Assembly: GCA_913060985.1 (NCBI GenBank)
Contig: CAJXTQ010000001.1
Location: forward strand, 1-33,623
DNA from: an uncultured Micrococcales bacterium
GTDB taxonomy: Bacteria; Actinomycetota; Actinomycetes; Actinomycetales; Microbacteriaceae
Direction: 5' to 3'
Length of the DNA stretch: 33,623 nt
In this document: in pieces, positions 11,011-18,378 of the stretch
Layout: every line of letters starts with the position of its first letter
Numbering within the stretch: the stretch's first letter is position 1
Notes under the pieces: model-generated
Seen by the model: only the letters and a program-made list of their open reading frames with translations
Told to the model about the DNA's origin: nothing
Databases searched by the model: none
Program-made: the position numbers and the translations under genes

Positions 11011-13230
11011 ATGAAAAAACTCATTGCATTTTTAGGAACCCTATCTATTTCAAGTCTTGGGCTACTTGTCCCGCTATCTTCAGCTCAGGCGGTTGCTTTT
11101 TGTGAAGGGGGTGAGTGTGAGGTTGTGTTCAATAAAACCGAAAGGTTTGAAACCTTCTCGGTTCCTGATGGCGTCACCGAGCTTGAATTCGAAGTCTATG
11201 GGGGACAGGGCGGAGCTGGCGGTGGCCGCGGTGGTTTCGTTAGCGGAACACTTGTGAATCTCCCCAGTGAACTAACAATCGTCGTTGGTGGAGCTGGAGT
11301 TAGAGGGGCTAACCAAGACGGAGGCTATAACGGTGGTGGATTCTCAGGTGGACGTGATGGAAACCCTGGAAGTGGCGGCGGTGCTAGCGATATTCGAATA
11401 GGCAGCGCTTTGAGTGACCGAATTGTTGTTGCTGGTGGTGGAGGGGGCTACGGAGGCCCTGTCGGTGGTTCTGGGGGAGCCGGTGGAGGAGAAACCGCAG
11501 CTGATGGAAGTGCTGGTCAGGGAGGTGCCGGAGCCGGCGGATCACAAGTGAGCGGTGGAGCTGGAGGCCGCAGTAATTCCGGCAACACAAACGGTGCATC
11601 TGGACGCCTCGGTGTTGGAGGTGAGGGTGGTTACACCTTCAGCGGCTATGGCGGCGGAGGAGGCGGAGCAGGCTACTTCGGAGGAGGTGGCGGAGGGGCA
11701 GATACCGACACCTGTTGCTTAGATGCTGGAGGTGGTGGCGGTGGTTCCTCATATGCAAATGCGAATTACACATCGGGCGTTACATTCCAGCCTGGGTTTC
11801 AGGCTGGTGATGGAAAAATCATTCTTAGATACTCACTACCTGCCTCGATTACCGAATTCAGCTATTTGCAGACATCTCCGGATTCAGCTGACGTGACCCT
11901 AACTTTTGACTCTGCTGTTTCTGGAGTCGAACAAGAAGATTTCGCAGTGGAGGGCTGCACAGACAAATCGCTGACCGGCGAGCTAGATAGCTACATCTTG
12001 ACGCTTACTGGTTGTCAATCTCTGGCAGAGGTGATCATAGGGTCGAACTCTTTTGGGCCGAGTAACTCACCCAGCACTCAACAATCACTGACGGTTGAGC
12101 TTGACCAGGTTTCACCTGATATCAGCTTTACTGCACCAGAAACCAGCAATCAAAGTGAGTTTTCGGTCACGGTGGAAACGGATTCGTCTGGAATCTTTGA
12201 CACTTCCGCAATTAGTTCTGAGCAATGTCAGCTGAGTTCAACAATTGAGCAAAATCTCCTGACTTTGAATGCAACTGAATGCCTTGAGGGTGAAAGCTCA
12301 GTAATCTTCCAGCCAGAATTGCTTTTTGACTCGATTGGTAACCAGTCACTTACAGAACCAAAAACCATTTCGGTTTTTGTAGACACCATCGCCCCGGTAA
12401 TAGAAGTTTTAGAAAGTGAAATCGGGGAGATAGAGATTGACGGATCAAAACTAATTCGAACAAGCACCCCTGTCACTTTCAGTGAGTCAGAATTGCAATT
12501 GAATGACTTTATTTTCGAGGGGTCAGTTGGGTGTGAAATAACCTCAGAGCAAAATGACAACCAAATCACTCTGATGACTCAGGGCTGCGAGGAGGGAGAG
12601 GTCAGCTGGAAATTGCCAGTGGGTTCTCTAGTTGATTTAGCGGGAAACTCAGCACCGGCTGAAGATATGCAAATTATCCTGCAGATACCCTCGATTACCC
12701 CAGATCCGGCACCCGAACCCACTCCCGAACCTGAGCAAATTCCCATATCTTCGCCAGCTCCTGTCTTCATCCCATCACCTGAGCCGGAACCAACTCCCTC
12801 TCCAGAGCCGGTAGTTGAGCCAATCGAGGAGTCAGCTGAGCAAATCGAAAGCGAACAGCCTCAGGGAGTCGAAGAAGTTGAGGACCAGTCAGAATCTCTT
12901 GAACCCACTCCCGAAGCGCAGCAAATTTCAGAGCAAGCACCGGCTCAGACCGAGGTAAGTCAACCTGAATCAAATGTAGGACAAGACACCCCAACAGAAA
13001 TCGCTGAGGAAGTGAAGCCCGAAAGCAGCGAGCCCCTTACCGCAGTCGAGGAATCCCCGAAACCCTCTGAATTTGAGCAGGCGATTCCGGTTAGTCAGAT
13101 TCAGGACAGCAGTAGAGAGCCAGAATCGGTAAACCCATGGGCGGTAACAATTGCCAGCATTCTGGTGCTTGGCTTGCTGGTTGGCGTGCTAGTGCTAACT
13201 AAAAATAACCGTTCGAGAGCCATCGATTAG
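11011..13230 (+). CDS. secreted, membrane-anchored surface protein with a glycine-rich (ALK/LTK Gly_rich-like) domain, three Cys-pair repeats and an acidic Pro/Glu stalk
   Basis: The track ORF starts at TTG 11005. ATG 11011 gives MKKLIAFLGTLSISSLGLLVPLSSAQA, a Sec signal peptide. Glycine-rich module at ~11155-11832, repeats at ~11850-12680, PE-rich stalk at ~12684-13135, and a C-terminal TM helix with basic tail at ~13138-13227. Confidence 0.8.
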   Translation: MKKLIAFLGTLSISSLGLLVPLSSAQAVAFCEGGECEVVFNKTERFETFSVPDGVTELEFEVYGGQGGAGGGRGGFVSGTLVNLPSELTIVVGGAGVRGANQDGGYNGGGFSGGRDGNPGSGGGASDIRIGSALSDRIVVAGGGGGYGGPVGGSGGAGGGETAADGSAGQGGAGAGGSQVSGGAGGRSNSGNTNGASGRLGVGGEGGYTFSGYGGGGGGAGYFGGGGGGADTDTCCLDAGGGGGGSSYANANYTSGVTFQPGFQAGDGKIILRYSLPASITEFSYLQTSPDSADVTLTFDSAVSGVEQEDFAVEGCTDKSLTGELDSYILTLTGCQSLAEVIIGSNSFGPSNSPSTQQSLTVELDQVSPDISFTAPETSNQSEFSVTVETDSSGIFDTSAISSEQCQLSSTIEQNLLTLNATECLEGESSVIFQPELLFDSIGNQSLTEPKTISVFVDTIAPVIEVLESEIGEIEIDGSKLIRTSTPVTFSESELQLNDFIFEGSVGCEITSEQNDNQITLMTQGCEEGEVSWKLPVGSLVDLAGNSAPAEDMQIILQIPSITPDPAPEPTPEPEQIPISSPAPVFIPSPEPEPTPSPEPVVEPIEESAEQIESEQPQGVEEVEDQSESLEPTPEAQQISEQAPAQTEVSQPESNVGQDTPTEIAEEVKPESSEPLTAVEESPKPSEFEQAIPVSQIQDSSREPESVNPWAVTIASILVLGLLVGVLVLTKNNRSRAID

Positions 13231-14046
13231 GACTCGATGCTCTGCGAACCAGTTGACCGCCTGGGCGAGGGTCCGAGACTCAATGTCCTGACCGATGCGA
13301 ACTAGTTTTTCCTTTGACTCTTCATGAGTCACTCGATCAACGTTTTGCTCAATAATCGGACCCTCGTCTAGGTCTGAAGTTACGAAGTGTGCGGTGGCAC
13401 CAATCAGCTTCACGCCTCGCTGGTGTGCCTGAGCATATGGGTTAGCACCTTTGAATCCAGGGAGGAAAGAGTGGTGGATGTTGATTATTCTGCCCGCATA
13501 TCGCTCGCAGAACTCGGGGGAGAGGATTTGCATGTAGCGAGCAAGAACAATCAGCTCAATCTCGTTTTCTTGGACGAATTGGTCTATGCGTTTTTCAAAC
13601 TCAGCCTTGTCAGCATCAGAAGCAATTGGGTGAAGCTCGAAGGGCGTTTTATAAAACTCAGCAAGACTTTGTAGGTCAGGGTGATTTGCCATTACCGCTG
13701 AGACCTCAATCGGAAGCTGACCAGAAAGTTGCCTAAAGAGCATGTCATTTAGGCAGTGAGCCGCCTTTGAGGCCAAGACCAAAGTTTTCATTGGCCTTCC
13801 CACAATGTCCAGTTGCCACTCCATTTGATAGGTGTCTGCAATCTCGGCAATTACTTTTTCGAATTCTTTTCTTTCAACATCAGATTCAATCTGCAGCCTC
13901 ATGAAAAACTTATTGCTTTCACTGGTGAATTGCTTGGACTCGGTTATATTGCCTTTCGCCTGAACTACGGCTCCAGAAATGGCGTGCACGATTCCAGGTT
14001 TATCGGGGCAAACGAATGTGAGAACCCAGTGTTCTGTATTTGGCAT
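13195..14046 (-). CDS. purU: formyltetrahydrofolate deformylase
   Basis: N-terminal ACT domain ([19 protein letters not shown]) plus formyltransferase core ([30 protein letters not shown]). The track ORF extends to GTG 14085. I prefer ATG 14046 (MPNTEHWVL..) because a TAGAAT box lies 7 nt upstream and there is no SD. Confidence 0.9.
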   Translation of the reverse strand: MPNTEHWVLTFVCPDKPGIVHAISGAVVQAKGNITESKQFTSESNKFFMRLQIESDVERKEFEKVIAEIADTYQMEWQLDIVGRPMKTLVLASKAAHCLNDMLFRQLSGQLPIEVSAVMANHPDLQSLAEFYKTPFELHPIASDADKAEFEKRIDQFVQENEIELIVLARYMQILSPEFCERYAGRIINIHHSFLPGFKGANPYAQAHQRGVKLIGATAHFVTSDLDEGPIIEQNVDRVTHEESKEKLVRIGQDIESRTLAQAVNWFAEHRVLIDGSRTVIFS

Positions 14047-14053
14047 GAGCTTC

Positions 14054-14059
14054 ATTCTA
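14054..14059 (-). promoter_or_regulatory. candidate -10 box TAGAAT for leaderless purU
   Basis: Minus strand reads TAGAAT-gaagctc-ATG(14046). Confidence 0.45.
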
Positions 14060-14096
14060 GAGGCTTGCCGAAGCGGGATATGCACTGTCTCGCTGT

Positions 14097-14102
14097 TAGA
14101 CT
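14097..14102 (+). promoter_or_regulatory. candidate -10 box TAGACT for leaderless glyA-folD
   Basis: Plus strand reads TAGACT-tctgccc-ATG(14110). No SD. Confidence 0.45.
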
Positions 14103-14109
14103 TCTGCCC

Positions 14110-15387
14110 ATGTCAAAAACTCCCTCCGGATTCGGTCTTCCCCTAAGTGAAGTTGACCCAGAAATTGCAAAAGTTTTAGACCAGGAGCTAGCCCGCCAGC
14201 AGGGCACCCTGGAGATGATCGCCAGTGAGAATTTTGTCTCCAGGGCAATCCTTGAGACTCAAGGATCCGTGCTTACCAATAAGTATGCAGAGGGTTACCC
14301 GGGTAAGAGATATTACGGCGGTTGTGAAGTAGTTGATATTGCCGAGAACCTAGCTAGAGATAGGGCTAAAGAGCTATTTGGGGCTGAGCACGCCAACGTC
14401 CAACCTCACTCAGGCGCATCTGCATCGGCGGCGGTGTTGATGGCCTTGGCAAAGCCAGGTGATCGAATTCTTGGTTTAGACCTAGCTCACGGAGGACACC
14501 TCACTCACGGAATGCACTTGAACTTCTCGGGAAAGATGTACGAGGCGCATTCTTATCAGGTGAATGATGAGGGATTAATCGACATGGACCACGTGCAGCA
14601 GAGGGCCAAAGAGGTTCAGCCTGCGGTGATTATTGCTGGATGGAGCGCATACCCACGTCATTTGGATTTTGCAAAATTTAGAGAGATTGCCAACGAAGTT
14701 GGAGCGAAGCTTTGGGTCGACATGGCGCACTTCGCCGGCTTGGTTGCAGCAGGAGTTCATCCTTCCCCAGTTCCCCACGCGGATGTTGTTTCGACCACCG
14801 TTCACAAAACTTTGGCCGGCCCCCGCTCAGGTCTAATTCTTTGCAAAGAGGAATACGCCAAAAAAATAGATAGCGCCGTGTTCCCTGGACAGCAGGGTGG
14901 GCCCCTGATGCACGTCATAGCTGCTAAGGCAGTGGCTTTCAAAGCTGCCATGGCAGAGGATTTCAAAGACAGGCAACAGCGCACGGTTCGTGGTGCCAAC
15001 ATCATCGCTGAGAGGCTAATTCAGCCAGATGTTGCGGAAGCTGGAATTGGTGTTCTAACTGGAGGCACGGATGTTCACCTAGTCTTGGTGGATCTTCGTC
15101 ACGCAGAGATTGACGGCAAATCTGCCGAAGATCTTTTGCACGAAGTCGGAATCACCATAAACAGAAACTCTGTACCAAACGACCCAAGGCCACCAATGGT
15201 GACAAGTGGAATTCGCATTGGAACACCTGCTTTAGCAACTCGCGGGTTCGGTGACGAGGAGTTTGAGGAGGTTGCTGACATCATCGCAAACTCTATAAAG
15301 CCAAACCCAGACATTGAGTCACTGCAACAAAGAGTCAAGAAGCTAACAGACGCTTTCCCGCTTTATGAGGGTCACGAAAGCTGGTAG
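14110..15387 (+). CDS. glyA: serine hydroxymethyltransferase
   Basis: The canonical N-terminus [42 protein letters not shown] starts at ATG 14110. The track ORF start at 13813 is an antisense-through-purU artefact. PLP-lysine motif [13 protein letters not shown] is present. Confidence 0.95.
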   Translation: MSKTPSGFGLPLSEVDPEIAKVLDQELARQQGTLEMIASENFVSRAILETQGSVLTNKYAEGYPGKRYYGGCEVVDIAENLARDRAKELFGAEHANVQPHSGASASAAVLMALAKPGDRILGLDLAHGGHLTHGMHLNFSGKMYEAHSYQVNDEGLIDMDHVQQRAKEVQPAVIIAGWSAYPRHLDFAKFREIANEVGAKLWVDMAHFAGLVAAGVHPSPVPHADVVSTTVHKTLAGPRSGLILCKEEYAKKIDSAVFPGQQGGPLMHVIAAKAVAFKAAMAEDFKDRQQRTVRGANIIAERLIQPDVAEAGIGVLTGGTDVHLVLVDLRHAEIDGKSAEDLLHEVGITINRNSVPNDPRPPMVTSGIRIGTPALATRGFGDEEFEEVADIIANSIKPNPDIESLQQRVKKLTDAFPLYEGHESW

Positions 15388-15390
15388 AGC

Positions 15391-16251
15391 GTGGTTGCGC
15401 AGACTATCGATGGTAAAGCTGTAGCCAGCGAAATAAAATCCGAGATTGCCGCAGAGGTTGCTGAACTAAAAAAGCAAGGCTTAATCCCGGGATTAGGAAC
15501 ATTGCTGGTTGGCGATGACCCTGGAAGCAAATCATATGTCGCTGGAAAGCATCGAGACTGTGCTGAGGTGGGCATTGAATCAATCAGAGTCGAGTTACCC
15601 GATAGCGCTTCGGAGGCCGACATTGCTTCCGCTATAAGCGAGCTCAACGGAGCTGACGAAGTTTCAGGTTTTATAGTCCAGTTGCCTCTTCCGAAAGCTG
15701 TAGACACAAACAAACTTCTTGAACTTATTGATCCAGAAAAAGATGCGGATGGACTGCACCCAGTGAACCTGGGGAGATTGGTGCTTAGCGGCTCAACCGA
15801 TTTGAACTCACCCCTTCCATGCACGCCTTCAGGAATTTTGGAACTGTGCAAACGCTACGGAATCGAAACTCGTGGCAGCAGGGTTGCGATTATTGGCAGA
15901 GGCATAACTGTCGGTAGACCGTTGAGTTTGATGATGTCAGGAAGGGGAGTAGACGCAACGGTTGAAGTTATTCATTCAGCATCAGGAGATACTGCAGATC
16001 TACTCTCCAGGGCCGACATTGTGGTTGCGGCTGCAGGCTCCCCACACATGATTTCAGCAGAGGATATCAAGCCAGGTGCCGCCGTATTCGATGTCGGCAT
16101 AACCCGAACCGATGATGGTTTAGTTGGTGATGTTCATCCAAACGTCTTTGAGGCTGCTGGTTTTGTATCCCCAAATCCCGGAGGAGTAGGGCCAATGACC
16201 AGGGTCATGCTCCTGAGAAACGTCCTGCAGCTGGCTAAAACTGGCTCCTGA
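15391..16251 (+). CDS. folD: bifunctional 5,10-methylene-THF dehydrogenase / 5,10-methenyl-THF cyclohydrolase
   Basis: IDGKAVA N-terminus, GRGITVGRPLSLMM and PNPGGVGPMT motifs. The GTG start is 3 nt after the glyA stop. Confidence 0.95.
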   Translation: MVAQTIDGKAVASEIKSEIAAEVAELKKQGLIPGLGTLLVGDDPGSKSYVAGKHRDCAEVGIESIRVELPDSASEADIASAISELNGADEVSGFIVQLPLPKAVDTNKLLELIDPEKDADGLHPVNLGRLVLSGSTDLNSPLPCTPSGILELCKRYGIETRGSRVAIIGRGITVGRPLSLMMSGRGVDATVEVIHSASGDTADLLSRADIVVAAAGSPHMISAEDIKPGAAVFDVGITRTDDGLVGDVHPNVFEAAGFVSPNPGGVGPMTRVMLLRNVLQLAKTGS

Positions 16252-17059
16252 TTGCCCATAGATCAGGAAAAGTTGGATTGAACAGGGTAGAGGATAAATA
16301 ACCAACACCACTAGACCCACCGGTTCCGATTTTTCTGCCAATGGTTCTTTCGACCATTTTCACGTGCCTGTATCGCCACTCTTGCAAACCTTCATCCAAA
16401 TCAGTCAGGGCTTCGCCGATCATGTTTGACTCAGGGTCAGTCTTGTGAAGTTCAACCAACACTTCTTGCACATCTTTATTTGGCTCCCAGGGCAAAGCTG
16501 GATCGACTTCCAAGGCAGCAGCAGGCATAGGCTTGCGCGAGTTGAAATAGATCAAAGCTGAATGCCAAACAGATCTTCTTTTCATGGCTTGCTCAACTCT
16601 TTCCCTAGCTTTGCTGCCAGCAGTCAGATGTTCACTCATTCCCATACCAGTTGACTTATCGGCTTTTGAGCCTGCCTCGTCTCGTCTTCCAAGAACCGCC
16701 TCCAGTTCTCTAAATTGGGCTGATTGAAAACCGCTGGCGGAAGAGAGCCTGTCTCTGAATGAGTTGAACTGCAAAGGGGTCATGGTTTCTAAGATGTCCA
16801 GCTGAGAAACACAGGTTTTCATGATATTTCTAACTCTGCCCAGCAATGAAAGCGAACGATGAGTGTCAGCGGACTCCAATGCTTTTTGCAAAGCCTCCAG
16901 TTCGTGAAGAATCTGTTTGAACCAGAGTTCATAAACCTGATGAATTGTTATGAAAAGCAACTCATCGTGCTCGGGACCATCGCTTAGTGGTTTTTGTAGT
17001 TGGAGTAATTCATCCACCTTCAGGTAGGAGATGTAGGTGAGGTGCTTATCCGCTGTCAT
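16235..17059 (-). CDS. kynA: tryptophan 2,3-dioxygenase
   Basis: LTYISYLKVDELLQLQKP..HDELLFITIHQVYELWFKQ and C-terminal GTGGSSGVGYL motifs of bacterial TDO. ATGA overlap with the kynU stop. Confidence 0.85.
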   Translation of the reverse strand: MTADKHLTYISYLKVDELLQLQKPLSDGPEHDELLFITIHQVYELWFKQILHELEALQKALESADTHRSLSLLGRVRNIMKTCVSQLDILETMTPLQFNSFRDRLSSASGFQSAQFRELEAVLGRRDEAGSKADKSTGMGMSEHLTAGSKARERVEQAMKRRSVWHSALIYFNSRKPMPAAALEVDPALPWEPNKDVQEVLVELHKTDPESNMIGEALTDLDEGLQEWRYRHVKMVERTIGRKIGTGGSSGVGYLSSTLFNPTFPDLWAIRSQF

Positions 17060-18363
17060 GTCACTCGACTTCCGCTTTGTTGGACAGTTTTGTATTCCCC
17101 CGAAGAGACCAGGTCGTTCAACCTGGAGAACCCGTTATAGACATCCATGTATGAGTTCGTAAGTGGCGAGATTGACAGCCTGATTGCATTTGGCTCCCTG
17201 TAATCCGGGATAACTTTGCTTATCACCCGCATAGCGTGGGCTATTTGTTTTGCCTCTGGATGGGTGATGATGATGTGACCACCACGCTTCTCCCAGTCTC
17301 TAGGGGTCCCCAGTTCAAATCCAGCGGGGGCCAGCCAGGTGTCGAATAGCTCAATCATCAAAGCAGTCCCTATGGCAGCCTTGCGCTCTATGTTTTCAAT
17401 TCCAGCTTGCTCAATCATTTTGTAGCTGACTTCCACAGCTTTTATTCCAGCTATCGGTGGAGATGCAATTTGGAATTTGCGCATTGTGTCAGCCGGCTCG
17501 AATTCAGGACCCATGGCAAACTGGTCGGCTTGGGCGAACCAGCCTTGAATGGGAACATTCAACTGCTTTTGCAGATCTTTTCTAATGAAAAGCCAAGCGG
17601 GGGAGCCGGGTCCGCTGTTTCCGTATTTGTAGGTGCAACCAACAGCCAGATCTATTTCGTTTTGGTCAAAATTCAGCTGAATACTTCCGCCAGCGTGAGA
17701 GCAGTCCCAGACCACCATGATTCCAAATTTCTTTGCAAGACGATTGATCTCAAGCATTGGCTGACGCGCCCCGCTTCTGTAGTTCACGGCTTGCAGGGTC
17801 AGAAGAGAAACATCTTCAGATAGGAATTTCTCGAGTTCCTTAGGTTCAATCATTTCCATTTTGCTGTCAAACTCAACAGCACCTGGTCCACCAGACCCAT
17901 CAGTGTCCAGCGTTATTAGCTTTAGATCAAACTGCTTTGCAATACCCTGCATTATGTAGCGGTCAGTTGGAAAGTTTGAGCTATCAACGATGATTGTTTT
18001 TCTTGCCGGGTTTTTTCTAACAACCGCAACACAAAGTTGATAGAAGTTCACACTGGTTGTGTCGCAAACCAAAGTCTGCCCAGCTTCGACCCCAAGAATT
18101 GATCGACCCAGCAGATCTCCTGCGGTTTGGGCGTTATCTATCCAATCGGCCCAACCGTCTACCAGCTTCGCACCCCACTCCTCTGTCAGAAAAGAGTTCA
18201 TCTTCGAGATGGTTTCTTTTGGGGGTCTGCCAAGTGAGTTGCCATCCAAGTAACAGAGTTCTTCATCTGGTCGGTAGAACATCTCTGGATAATTTTTGAG
18301 CGGGTCTTCTCGGTCTAGCTTTTGAACAAGTTCGAGAGTTATTGGTGAATCGAAAAACTTCAT
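17056..18363 (-). CDS. kynU: kynureninase (PLP-dependent)
   Basis: CYLDGNSLGRPP near the N-terminus, and GCTYKYGNSGPGSPAW matching the kynureninase PLP-lysine region (..YKYLNGGPG..). Confidence 0.85.
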   Translation of the reverse strand: MKFFDSPITLELVQKLDREDPLKNYPEMFYRPDEELCYLDGNSLGRPPKETISKMNSFLTEEWGAKLVDGWADWIDNAQTAGDLLGRSILGVEAGQTLVCDTTSVNFYQLCVAVVRKNPARKTIIVDSSNFPTDRYIMQGIAKQFDLKLITLDTDGSGGPGAVEFDSKMEMIEPKELEKFLSEDVSLLTLQAVNYRSGARQPMLEINRLAKKFGIMVVWDCSHAGGSIQLNFDQNEIDLAVGCTYKYGNSGPGSPAWLFIRKDLQKQLNVPIQGWFAQADQFAMGPEFEPADTMRKFQIASPPIAGIKAVEVSYKMIEQAGIENIERKAAIGTALMIELFDTWLAPAGFELGTPRDWEKRGGHIIITHPEAKQIAHAMRVISKVIPDYREPNAIRLSISPLTNSYMDVYNGFSRLNDLVSSGEYKTVQQSGSRVT

Positions 18364-18369
18364 CTGTTC

Positions 18370-18375
18370 AGGATA
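18370..18375 (-). promoter_or_regulatory. possible -10 box TATCCT, 6 nt before the kynU ATG
   Basis: Minus strand reads TAG(stop of ABC gene)-caa-TATCCT-gaacag-ATG(18363). The intergenic gap is only 15 nt with no SD. Read-through from the upstream ABC gene with re-initiation is an equally good explanation. Confidence 0.25.
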
Positions 18376-18378
18376 TTG

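Noticed and set aside
13100-13230. Sortase sorting signal (LPXTG/LAXTG) at the C-terminus of the glycine-rich surface protein.
   Set aside because: The TM helix and basic tail resemble a sorting signal, but no LPXTG-like pentapeptide precedes them (the sequence reads ..REPESVNPWAV..). I treat it as a plain C-terminal membrane anchor.
13813-14109. The 99-codon N-terminal extension of the glyA ORF given in the track (13813..15387).
   Set aside because: It runs antisense through purU and has no SHMT-like sequence. The canonical SHMT N-terminus starts at ATG 14110, which also has a -10 box 7 nt upstream.
14047-14109. ZTP (pfl), THF or glycine riboswitch upstream of glyA/folD/purU, and a T-box upstream of trpS.
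   Set aside because: The gaps are 63 nt or less and lack the conserved cores. trpS overlaps xthA, so it has no leader at all.
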